A DNA stretch of 64,000 nt from Catajapyx aquilonaris (lineage: Eukaryota): assembly GCA_000934665.2 (NCBI GenBank), contig KZ537990.1, positions 62,001 to 126,000 of the forward strand, in the 5' to 3' direction. Position numbers and translations under genes: made by a program. The notes under the pieces are model-generated. The model worked only from the letters and a program-made list of their open reading frames with translations, searched no databases and was not told the DNA's origin. This document shows positions 51,916 through 64,000 of the stretch, piece after piece; position 1 is the stretch's first letter, and each line of letters opens with the position of its first letter.

Positions 51916-54109
51916 CACCTGAAATCGGATCACTCAATTTCCGAATCATGTGCTTGGAATAAAATTATTCGAGCAAGTGACCGCATATTTACTTGTACAC
52001 TTCCGCTCTTCCCCAGCATGTATATGATGTGTTAATTAATAATAATAATTGAGTGGAAAAAGCATTTTAAAAATTGGGGTTTAAAATTTTGAGATCTTAT
52101 CCATTTTGCCAATTCATTTGAATAAAATGTTTGCAATATAAGATTGCAGAAAATCGTAGTGTGCAAAATTGTTCACTCTTTTTAAGCTAATACCCATGCT
52201 AATACCAATCATAATCTTACCACAGAGAAGGTGAATTTAGGTCTAAGTTGAAGTGTCAAATGCACTGTGGTTTCATAGTCTCGCTCAAATTATTTTTCAC
52301 GTGATGAAGTTCTTATGAACAAATCATTCTTGTCGATAATTATTATCCAATGCCATTTTGGCATATTTATTTCCGAGGCATAAATTGTCAAGGCTTTAGG
52401 TGTAAACCGGAGCTTGTGACATCCTTGAATAGGTCGTACAAATGACCCAGTCCCCTTGTAGGTAGGATTGAGCTAAGTGTCAGCCTCCAGTAATAGACAG
52501 GGCCGAGAAGACAGGCAGTCGGAATGTTGGGTTAGTACTGCATAGCTTTTCGAAGAGAGCACAATGCAGTTTGACACCCTCCTGGAAAACATCCAAGGAG
52601 GAAGGAATAAACTTCTGGTAAACGACAGTCATGCTCGATGGGAATGACTTCGCAATGTTCAAACATGCTTTGTTTGAATGTATAAGTCCACGCCATTAAA
52701 ATATTTGTATAATATGTGTGTTACTCTCAACAAATCTTGTGGGTTTATTAACACTGCGCCATGTCCATAGTGTATAATATCCTGCGTATACTGCACCAGA
52801 AGTGTCATTTTTAAAACCAATAGTTTATGTGCACACTGGCGTTTTTATGCGTGGTGTAACAAACATCTGCTGAAAAGTTAGAGTTATTTTAAAATATGCG
52901 TTTCCTTGCTGCAAACCGACCTACTACAATTTTAACGTAACAATGATTTTTTAAAAGATCAAAATGTATGTAATGTTCTGAGCTCTTCATATCCACTTGC
53001 TGGTGTGGTAAATCCTCAGAGCCATCCTCAGTGCATGCAATATAATTGAATACACCTCATATCTTCATTCAAAATAATGCAATCACGACTTGAATAAAGA
53101 AATTCTAACACTCCACAAGATACCTACTGCATACAAAAAAAACAACAATGCCTTATAATTATGAAGTGTAATTTTGTATAATGGAGCAGGCCTCACTAAT
53201 TGAAATAACCCCTGCTATGCTGACCTCACTCTTCATGTAGAATTCCATCTGCCAAGTAAAATATGATACGGTGCTCTATACAATGCAGGTAGTAAAATGC
53301 AGAGAAGAAGGGAAAGGGGATTGAGAGGATTGATACAAACAATATTCCATTGTATATTTTCAGTGTTATTTATTTGGTTGTTGATATAGGAACAGTGTTT
53401 TGGAAATTCATCTTTTGCTGATGGGGAGTAATCAACGTAGCTAGATCCTTACCAGTGCAGTGGTTGTGTTATTTTAACGTCCGCCAAAATAATTTAAAAT
53501 AATTCCAGGGCGGAGACGACACGTATCTGATGTCTCATGGAAATCCAACAATATGTGAACAAAATAATATACAGTACCTGAGTACCTATCTCCGAATTGG
53601 TATGTTTTCTTCAATAATACCAGGCTTCAATGGCTGCAGTGATGGTTCTGCCTCATGCAGTACTTTTCATGTTACATAATTCTTGAGTAACAATAGTCAA
53701 GATGTTATCGTAGACTTGAAGCACGGACACGGTGATGTAATAATTGTGATTGTGGAATTAAATACAATAAAGAAATATTAATAGTGTCAATGTTACGGTA
53801 CTTTATTACGTATGAATTGGCAAAATAATCGTGTTAGAAAGTCTAATTGATAGAGTGTGTCTTTTTGGATGTACTGCATTAACACGAAAATAATATCTGA
53901 AATTGACTTCAGGAGCTATGCTGATGTTGGGACAGACCAAAACAAAAAGGAAGGTAAGTGTAATAATCAGTGTTGGTATTCTTCTCAAGACGAATCCTGA
54001 GGCTTCCAGTCTGCGCTGACTTGGAAGGGGGAAAAAAATGCACGAGATGTAATGGGCACAAACATTGTCAAAATTTCTGAGAGTTCAAAACAAAAGCAAC
54101 TCACCTTTT

Positions 54110-54142
54110 TTAAGCTGTTTCTACTGCACCTGCGTCTGCAGC
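54110..54142 (-). CDS. TnI-3 alternative terminal coding exon (AADAGAVETA*), from the internal donor at 55736
   Basis: TTTTACAG acceptor; TAA AAAAG|GTGAGT; UTR exon from 54019. Confidence 0.78.
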   Translation of the reverse strand, partial: AADAGAVETA

Positions 54143-55702
54143 CTGTAAAAGTAACAACAACAATGGGGACCAAAATCCAACATTAAATATGATAAAGTCT
54201 CATCTACATAGCTGCTCATTTCAGAAGGAGGGGGAAGGTGGGAGGTAAAATAATGTGCCCTGAACGTGTAATTGTAAAATAGTGTATATGAAATATCCCC
54301 TTGAAATCACGGATTTTGTATAATTATCCTGATAATTATGCTTGGAACATTATATTTTTATCACTTACTTCGACTCTAAGTCTGGCAAGCAAGCTGTGCA
54401 TGTGGTTATTATTATTATTATTGCAGCAAATTTTATGTAATTATATTTAATTGCAAGATACTGTGTTTTAATAATGCAAATTACTCTAGATGCAGTTAAC
54501 AGTTTCTTAGCAACGTTTTACAAGTAACTGTTCATGCAAATGCTACCAATACAATATGCTCTACTTGCTACCAAGTCATCTCTTATATAATAAAAATCGA
54601 GGAGGAAATAAAATCGGACATTTTTCCACAAACACTTTTGTGCTACCAGGTGTGTGTAAACTACAATATTGGCAAAATAAATAAATATGCAGGTTAAGGA
54701 CAAGTGTGTACAGTACATAAAGGGGAGTAAATAACAACATAAGCGCAACTACACGTGGGAGATGAGACTTTACTATGGGATGAACATAAATAATTGGAGG
54801 GGGGGTCTACTTGCAGTCAGTAATTGGATTTTTCTACGACGACCACAGTTGGTTTAGCACAGATTTATTGCACTCCTCTCTGTCAATATACAAGCACAAT
54901 AAGTGGTTTTAAGTCGATGTCAATACTGTGCCTAAAGAGCCTTCTTAATATTTTTGTCTTATTATTTTTTTTCTTATACGTACTGGCTTTTTGGATATAT
55001 GGAAGCACCATGGAAATCAGTTTCAGCGTCTAGAAATTAGCATGTGCTGAAATATTAAGAATATTGCAAGACAGTGCATCATATACAGAGTCATAGTGGC
55101 GGTTTCGTTGGCCATCAAAAAAGAAAGAAAGAAAGAGAAATAAAAGTAAGTGCATTTAAGCATTAACCAGCTCCGTCTTATTAATGGTGTAAAGACCGAC
55201 CTACATAAACTACGAACAGTTTTTCTTTCATTCCAACTACTGTACTTGCTGTTCTGATGGCTCTTATCGCATTCGAGTGTCTTGTTAGCCACTCGAAGGC
55301 AAAATAAGACCTATCTTAAGCAGCCTTCATTATTGTCATTCCATATAGTGGTATCAGCAGGCATTCACAGTGCAACTAGTTTTTATGTTACACTACAATC
55401 TACAACCCAAACTACCTGTTCCTTCACACTTTTATTTTCAAGATGAAATTGAACAAGTGTATTACGTTGACAAAAGGATATTTTTTTGCTTTCTTTTAAA
55501 TCCTGAGTGGGAGTGAGGACAGGTCAGGACTTTACACCGCAACTTCTTTTTTTTGGGAGGGGATTATGGATGTTACTGGAACCCAAATGTAATTATTATA
55601 CAGAAGCACCAAAGATTAAAACCTGATGGGCAGACTTTAAAAATTTGTTGCAAAATAAATCGAATGGGCAGTTGTTGTTTTTTGGTATAAAACAGTAACT
55701 TT

Positions 55703-58700
55703 TTAGGCCTCCTGTGCCTGTTCACCTCCTTTTACCTTGTCGCCAGCCTTCTTCGACCATTCGGGCTTGTCGGCCTTTTTCTGAAACGAAAACCACGATT
55801 CAATTAGCTGTCATGTAATGTACAGAGAGCTTCATCCCACACACATGTCCTTTTCCTATAAAAACATGAAATTGCTCATGTGCGTCAATCCATTAAGAGC
55901 GAAGGTGTTCAAAAGAAGTGGAAGAACAACAAGGTCTATGATGATGTTTTGGCCAATCTAAAGTGACTTTCAATTCTGCTCCAAAAATGGAACCTTTTTC
56001 CAGTCCGTCCCTAATGTACTTATGATTAAAAGCAGTAGAAATGTTACCCCTTTGTCGTCATCCTCCATGGTGAACTCCTTCTTCGGGACCTGCTTCAGCT
56101 GGTTTTTGAAGTTGAACTCAGCCGCCTTCTTCTGCAGCTTGGCGAACGTCTGTTCGTACTTGGACACCTTCTTCAGGGTTGGCTTCACGCTAAGAAGTTA
56201 TAATAAATTGGCTGTAATTGAGCAGCTTAGAGGGTACTGTATGTCGAAGAAAGAAAAAAAAAGTTACTCACAACTTTCCTCGGAGGTCGTTCACTTGTAG
56301 GTTCAAGTCGTGGATCTACGCGAATGGTAATGAGACATTAAAATCTGGGATGTAACCTCGGGTAAATAACAGTTGCTCAAATAATGTTGCTTAACATTTT
56401 CTGATAATTTAGCCGTAAACCGGCTTAAGACATTCGATTTTTAAGAAGCACAAAAATAAGCTATAACAAAGATGGAATGATAGCGCAAAAAGCAACACAA
56501 ACTAAGCTTTGCTACATTACGAAGTACACATAAAGGAGAAAATAAAGATTACACAAAAGGGAAAATAATTTATACACAAAAGGGGAAAATAATAATTTAT
56601 ACACGCAAAGAAAAATATAAATAGTATGGCATGCTCATGCATGTAAGATATTGCAATGACAGGAACTGCAGGAAAGGAATGACTTTATGAAAGTGGCTGC
56701 AAATGAATCAGATTTTCCCTTGCTGAAATTCGACACGAAAAGTATTTGAATGGAAAAAGCAAGGTGATTCATTTGATGCTCAGAAAAAAGGGTTATTATT
56801 TGCCAAAAACACGTTTGGAACTTCGCATAGTTAGCAGTCATGTAAGACGACACATTGCATCACTTTTGTTGTCTAAACGCATCACAAAAATATTGTAAAA
56901 AAATCGTTGTGTACCATACCAGTAAATGTACCAAATCTGCCAAGTAGTCATTTGAAAAACTGCTCTGTGACAGTGAAAAAATATGCATTGAAGTTCATGT
57001 GTATGGGGGGGGGGGATATTGGGGGGAAATATTGGAGGGCTTTATGTCTATATGGGGGGCATCAAACTAGAGGGTTTGGGGGAGAATTACCATAACAGGC
57101 ATCAGACTATAGTTCTACAGCCGGTCAAGAACAGCTTGTGGAACATGTTGCCAAAATACTACAGTGTGAAATACAAAATTCAGAAATGAACCGTAATATT
57201 GGTATTTAATGGGGACAGGGAGGCTCAAAAATACTTCAGTGGTTGGAATATACTCCAATTTCTAGTTCGCGGAAATCGGAATAATTTCATTTCCTTTATA
57301 GAACTTCAGTGTTTTTCGGAAATGATAATTTTGGCCATCCCAGAACTCGGTATTATTTTTCAAAGGGCTATGTTTGATATCTCTGTAACATCTACAAACG
57401 TTCAGTAAAAGGTCACGGGTTATTTGCGCGTTTGATTATTATTATTATGCTGCAAATCTTTTTCCAAGCTGCTCAAAGAGAACTGGCACAGGGACATTAA
57501 AAATAACATCTGTAAGCTTTGACGTCATTCGGAGATGGCCAAAAAAAATTTGAGAGCAAAACTCGTGGTGATGGTCATGTCAGATAATTCCTTTGAAAAA
57601 CTGTACCTCAAAGTCCTTCTTTTTTACTTCAAATTCTAGATCCCATTTCGACGATTCGCACGTTTCAATGCGCTTAAAGTAGTCCTCAATAATCTGCTTG
57701 AGGTCGTCTAGGAAAATAAAATTGGATCATGACAAAGGAAATAATTATTATGAGACTTTTGCCTCTTGCATGTATAATTTACACATGAAAATATGGTGTG
57801 TCGGAAATACATTCTGGCCACAATATTACTTTTCAAGGGCGATATTCATATACTGAGGGGGAAATAGTTATAAAATATTGTTATTTCAAATAAAAAAATA
57901 TTCGAGTCCTCTGAAATAATCGCTAAGTAACTTATGAAGGTAGCTTTCGCCATATTGCGTGATATTATTTCCTTGGCGGTCAACTTGTACTTTTTTAGGC
58001 TCGTTTAGGCTATTATAAAACGTCGCAACACAAAATAGCCTATTCGTAGAAAATATTTTGTAAAATGTTGATATGTAGCGCAGAATCCATAGATCCAAAA
58101 GACAACAAAAGTGTAAAAAAAGACAAAAGCCTGCTGCATGAAAAATTATTTGCAAAGCAAAAAGCCCACAAGACACATACCCTCGCACCAACCCAATGAA
58201 AAAAAGAAGCTGCCAGACATCACAAAATATGTGGTTACTACACTAAGAAATATTCAGTACAAAATAAAAATCCAGCCGCTCACGAAAAAAAATAATCAAA
58301 AAAGCACAATGGTCAAAGAGACAGAGCGACAAAAATATGAGCAAAAAAAGCTGCCGAGTCGCTTAAGTGTCTCATGCCATCCGGAATACAAACCTCTTTG
58401 TCCTTCTTTTCCACAATAACCTCAATATCATACTTGGATGTCTCGACAATATTAATTCTGTCGTAATATTGCTTACAAATGTCACGAAGGTCATCTGTCA
58501 AAAAAGAAACGGTTAAATGACAATAGATTATGATTCTTTGACTCACATAATCATGGCCAGAATGATTCATATACTCATGTAATTATTTTACTGCTAAGGA
58601 TGTTGCAATGAGTAAAACATTGATATGATTTCAACTTGCCAAATCAAAAGGTAAGACTGTTATCTGCAAAAAAAATACAAGTTTTTTCTGTGCATGGGCC

Positions 58701-61546
58701 ATAATCCAGAAATTGGAAAGTGACCAATTTCGTTCAATTTTGTGTACTCTACGTACATCGATCAAATTGAAATGCATTGTGAACGTTTGTTTTCCTGGAG
58801 TGTGAAATATTAATTATTGAAACACGGGCATCAGAGTCACTGATGAGGACAGACAGTCCATACCATCACTGGCTCCTTCCACGCTCTTTGGCTTTCCGCA
58901 TCTCTCCTCAATACACTTCCTTCTCTCTGCGGACTTGCGCTCCTGTTCCTTCTTCAACTCCTCAGCGGCCTTCTTTCTCAGCAAAACCTATCAGGACCAA
59001 AATTGGGTTGAGATCTGATCCGGTACACTTTTCAACATCCAAACTCACCCTGAGCTTCTTCTTCCTCTCAGGGGTCATGAACCCCTTCTTTTGCTTGCTG
59101 GCAGCAGAGGCCTCTTCGAGCCTCTTTCGCACCTCAGCCTTCTTCTTGTCAATCTCCGCCTGCTTCGCCTTTTTTGCCTATTGGGCAGAGCACACATGTC
59201 AATCTGCACCTGTTGCGCATGGGTTAGTGGACAAACAGCGGTCAGATGGAGTTGGCAGCGTGAGTATTTCAATCACTCTTCAATTATGGTGTCTACAGTG
59301 TTTGCCAATTGAAGTGTCCCTTTCAGAAGAAGAAAAATCGCAAAAAGTTGTCAATAGTTGTTGACTTTCAGCCAAAAAATAATTATAACTATATATATAG
59401 CTCAGCCTAATATTAGCAAATAATTCTATCTGCAGCATCCAAGTAACGAGCAGCTTATGGACATCTGAAACGGACACATCAATTGTTACCCAATCTGCAC
59501 TGCATGAAAAATTTACAAACAATCACACATGCATATGATATTTTTTTTGCAAATTGTTTCATAGTGAAATAAGCTTTGCGTGATGTGTTAATCACAATCC
59601 ATTACCTCGGTGACATTGTGAAACTAGCACATATCTCCCCAAGTTACGTGATGGATCTCGGCAACACCTGGTTTTTCCATAGGTGGCCTTGGAGAGAATG
59701 ATCACGTGTGAACATGCAGTTAGTGGTTCATACTCCCTCGGTACTCTTATACGGTTCCTCTTCAGCCCTCTTACTCTGAAAAATGAAGAAGAAAATAGCG
59801 TCACTAATTATCCAAATATGACAATAAATTTTTAACAAAATGTTCACCCAACAACTACTCGAGGACATAAAAAAATTACAAAAAATTCAGTCCTCAAAAT
59901 ACCAAAAAGACATCATATAAAAAAACTACACAAATAACTACATACGTGCGAAAAAGGAACAAAAAAAACCTACAAAATGAAGCGAAAGGACGCAATATTT
60001 ACCGATTTATTTAAAGCAGCGTTGCGCTCTGGGGGGGCAGGGACTAAGGGGGGCACACACAACATATCTTCTCTCCAGAGGGCCTTTTTGGAGGGCAGGG
60101 TCAATGTTTTGTGTGGGGGGTTGGGGGGTTGTTTTGGAGGGTTGTTTTGGAGGGTCAGAATATGTATGGACGCTGTCTGAAAGCATCTCAACAAGGGATC
60201 GAGAATATAAAATAAATAGTGATTGGGACAAGCCTAATTACTGAGTGCGATAGTGCAGGGAAATAATATTCGTGCTCAGGCTTGATTCTGAGTAAGCCTA
60301 TATGACGCAGTATTTTGCCCTTTTACCAAAGTGTGTATGATGTCTTTTTTTATTAAAAAGTACTAAGAAAGTCGGACTACGAACTACATCAAGATTTATT
60401 ATATGACGTCAGTCCTAACATTAAAAATTGTAGTGGAGTTGTATTGTTTGTAGCCTACTGTATAGGCATTGTTACAATTTTAAACTTTTCTGACAGCTGT
60501 CATTAAATATAATCACTGCAACAACAAAGGATAAAGTAACAATTTGCTATTCATGTACAGTACGTCACTTAAATATCTCTTTGGAATTAGTCGGAACAAT
60601 AGTTTTTTTTTGCAATATTGGCTTTGGCAGGCAAAATCCCACGAAATTGTTTATAACTACGTCTACAATACTTCAAGCACTTCTTAGCCTTCGAATTTTT
60701 AAAAGCAAGCGAAGTTTAAGCATACTTAGAGCATATTGCTCAAGTTAGAAACCATAGTGGTGGTGGTAAACAAATACGAGTACAACATTACAGTATTATT
60801 AAAAGATGTCAATTCCAAAAACAATTAAAGTTTGCAATAGGCATTGCCATGTCCTTCGAGCAAAATGGTATTGTTGTGGAATTAAAATCTCTTCACACCT
60901 TCAAGCCTTATTATACTGTAGTCAAAGCCGTCGAGTAGTGAACACAAAAATGTATTAATTAGTCAACTTGTAATGTCAAAAATGTAACTGCAAAAGAAAC
61001 AGCCATTTAAAAAGCGCGTCCACACCAAAAAATGTGGGAATAAAAATATACGTGACGTCAAACCATGCTTGTTCCAATGTACCTTCCGTTTTATGTAACG
61101 TTTGTTGTATCCCAAGAGGCAGAGAAAACGCACACAAAAGTTGGGGTTTGTGAGAAGGGATTGAGATGCTGGAATGAGAAAGGATAATTTTTTTTTTGCT
61201 GCTGAGGAATCTCCATTTTTTTGTTTTCATCTGTTGTGTTTCTTGTTGTTCAACTCGAGAAGAGGGCAAAGAAGACACAGAATCATCCCACAATTGCCCC
61301 CAGTTTTGTTAACCCACACCGTCATGCAGGCGTGGTGTTGAATTCGTCGAGTTCGCCGATAGAGTACTGAGTGTTTGAAGGTTTGGAGAAATAGAAAGGA
61401 AGAGCGAGAGAGAGAGAAAGGAAAAGAAAAGAAGAAAAATACATAAACATTAATCAGTACGAAATTTTTTGACTAATCTACATACCTTTCTTCAATTTAA
61501 AAATTTCCATCTAAAATATGACTTACCTCACCTCGTCGTCCGCCAT
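55703..61546 (-). CDS. wupA: Troponin I paralog 3, ~210 aa; exons 61546-61532, [microexon 59775-59734], 59177-59049, 58987-58864, MXE a 58494-58394 or c 57707-57607, 56315-56272, 56189-56048, 55780-55703
   Basis: [48 protein letters not shown] and [21 protein letters not shown]. Confidence 0.95.
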
Positions 61547-61759
61547 TGTTGTTAGTTTTTTTTAACTTCCGGGGAGGAAGGTTCTGAAAATAAACACATG
61601 GAACGATGTCAACATTGTCAACCTCGACCTTCATCAAAATGAGTCATGTCAAATCCACCCCCAATTTTTATGGTTCCAACAAACCCCAAGCACACAAACA
61701 GATGGCCCAGTAATTTCGCAAGCATTTTGTTGTTTTCACGTCTGTTACACTTTCGGATT

Positions 61760-61870
61760 AAGATGTATCTCAAGGGCTCCCAAAATAGAATTGAGGTGCT
61801 CCAGTACCCAAGTCCACATTTGGCCCGAAGGGAAATGGCGTAATGGGGAAACAGCCAACTTTTCCCACTC
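61760..61870. promoter_or_regulatory. Conserved intron-1 muscle enhancer of TnI-3 (CArG-like CCACATTTGG at 61814-61823)
   Basis: TATCTCAAGGGCTCCC.AAATA.AATTGAGGT is shared with TnI-2. Confidence 0.6.
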
Positions 61871-62179
61871 TCTAGCCTTACTCTCCGCATTTTTGCAGCT
61901 CAATGTGACACAAGTTTTTGTTTATCGTTTTGCAAAAATTTATTTTGAAACAAGTTATAAAAAAATTATTGAATTGCGAATGGTTGCCTTTTCACAAAAA
62001 AAGCATTTTCTGTCGCAAAAATTAGCAGAAAATTGTTTAGACTATTAGTTGCTTATTTTAGTTTGATTACATAATTATGCCAGATTGTACAATGATGCTA
62101 TTACACTTTATATGTGTTACATGACTCACTGCGTATCCACAAATCACTCGCACTGATCACACCCCCGCACAGAACTTAC

Positions 62180-62356
62180 CAGGTAATGCAAAGAAGAGAT
62201 GTGCCCGACCAGGCAAAAAAAAGGTGTCCTAGCCAGTAACCCGGGCAAGTACTGACTGGTCTTACCAGTACAATCGGGTCACCCATCCCAGTTCCCTCGG
62301 CCTCAACCTGTGATTGGACCACAAGCCAAAACACGTGATCATCTCAGGACCAATCA
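62180..62356 (-). promoter_or_regulatory. TnI-3 non-coding first exon and core promoter
   Basis: GTAAGT donor at 62180, CCAGTCAGTACTTGCC shared with TnI-2, ATTGG-N14-CACGTGA-N11-CCAAT. Confidence 0.7.
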
Positions 62357-62899
62357 CCACTTGAAACCGGATCAGTATGTCCTAAAATATAGCCCCAGCT
62401 CCTTCCCCTCCACAGGTAAGTTTAGCCCTCTGGCACATCCTCTACAAATGGACACCCCGGGCAAAAAGACAGCCTTTGCACTGAGCAAATACCGGTACCA
62501 ACTTTGGAACGCGTCCCAGAACGATGGTAACAGTACTCTTTGAAATGATCCTTTCAAATAATATGAACCATTCATATCAAGTTCAAAATGGTAGGCGCAA
62601 TTATTTTAAAAATGGATATCATCTGAAGACATCTTGGCACCAACTAGGGAGATTTATGTGCCCAAATTAACAGTGGCGATGGGCCCACGTTGCAGGTTTT
62701 GCAGCTGACACCTACTTGGGAAGTGGCCAAGACTTCTGGATGGGAGGCTGTTAGGGAGAACAGCTGTAATGCTCTCTGGTTGTTATTTCACTCTTAATTT
62801 GCGAATAGAAGTGCTTGGGAAAAGGGTTTAAATAATTGCAGGCTGATGAGTTCAGGTACAATTAATCAAGGTGTGGACATGAATCTTCACTTGGTTCAT

Positions 62900-63300
62900 A
62901 TAGTCGCCCTATCTCTTGTCATTGTTATATAAATGTGCTGACATCCCTGACTCATTGATTTGCTCCAGACTTCACACTGCCGGAGTTGTGTGTGACAAAC
63001 TTCTTCTGCACTGCAATGCAACAATGCAAATTGCTGCCACACTACTCTCAGCAAAGGCTTAAGATTGCAATTTTCTATCCAGTTCACAACATTTTGTATA
63101 CACTGTCACGTGCCAATTATTATGACACTATAATAATAGTTGACAGGATTATTAGAGAGGTAGTGTGAAAATATGCAGGTCATGTCATCCGTACAATAGT
63201 TTCCTTGATTCCAGACGCGTTTTGGATTGGTGCCGAATAATTTTTCCTCCAGCATCCTTTTGCCTGGCATTTTCACCACACCTGATCTTAGCAACTGGTG
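62900..63300 (-). mobile_element. Possible decayed LINE ORF2 fragment
   Basis: Weak peptide resemblance only (LEEKLFGTNPKRVW; SAEEVCHTQL) with frame breaks. Confidence 0.2.
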
Positions 63301-64000
63301 ACCTTAAAAAAAAAAAGGCCCCCACATTTTCTATTAATACATCTGGACAATTACAGCATTGTGGGTTCTCAGAACTCGGCAGTTATTTTTTTTGTCAACT
63401 TTCTTTCTCCTCGGGCGAAGTAAATATAACACTAATATTATTGACACTTCAGCGACTTCACCTTATTATTTCCTATCGCATGATACCGAAGCCGCATTGG
63501 TATATCATCCGCTCCCTTTGATATCTTTTTTTCTCACAGAAAAAAAAGTTAAGCTTCTTTTCTGCAAATTAACCTTTGACATTTGGAGCCAATAAAAATG
63601 TAGAAGTGACGCACAAGTTTGGCAACTGGCAAACTAATCGGCTATTTCTTTAGGCTTCCGAGTTTATTTTTCGCCAAACAGCAAACTGCACAATGCGCAG
63701 AAAAATATTTCATTTCCGGCTTCCAACTTAGTAGTCCCGAATGCAATTTAAAAATGGTGCATTCAACCTTATGCAACAGTCCGGAATATTCTGGCTCCCC
63801 CCAAAACACTTCAACCCCCGCCATCTCTCCGCAAGAATCCGAGTTCAAACTTGGCCCACCCAAAAATAGATCAGGGTGCATTCTCCGCAAATACATTTCG
63901 CCCTCTCTAGTGTCAGCTATCTTTCACCCTCACTTTGCCACGCATTCTTGACCCGATCAGTGCAAAAAAGGGCGTGGATTACACATTACGAATAATATAT

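Noticed and set aside
52480..52670. Possible LINE ORF2 C-terminal remnant (GSRNVGLVLHSFSKR)
   Set aside because: Too short and degenerate to support without a search.
58843..59364. 173-aa plus-strand ORF (also 46479-46799, 36060-36269, 56022-56300)
   Set aside because: Antisense shadows of Lys/Glu-rich troponin I exons.
1..64000. CRISPR arrays, rRNA, tRNA or prokaryotic operons
   Set aside because: None seen; the window is intron-containing eukaryotic DNA.

Overview
Eukaryotic, gene-dense, short-intron DNA, most likely from an arthropod (judged from the troponin I sequences). All gene models were built by hand from GT/AG splice sites and frame continuity. From left to right: (1) a 5-exon CD151/Tspan11-like tetraspanin (+), with a possible nested antisense spliced unit in its intron; (2) about 4 kb of decayed, unassignable coding-like minus-strand sequence; (3) a 19-kb cluster interleaving four C-terminally truncated RCHY1/Pirh2-like CHY-RING E3 ligase genes with a LAP1/LULL1 (TOR1AIP)-like torsin activator, two tandem KDEL/KDDL-ending Torsin AAA+ ATPase genes (the second with one in-frame TGA) and two inverted torsin pseudogenes; (4) three tandem troponin I (wupA-like) genes on the minus strand, each with a cassette of 101-nt mutually exclusive exons, a microexon, alternative C-terminal exons, and conserved promoter and intronic enhancer modules. 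The strongest unexpected signal is a set of conserved complementary elements in the TnI cassettes: a docking/selector pair and an intron-exon duplex whose DNA mismatches are G-U wobbles in the transcript, and whose decay tracks the loss of individual exons. Several palindromic MITE-like elements and a short retro-insertion with a target-site duplication are also present.
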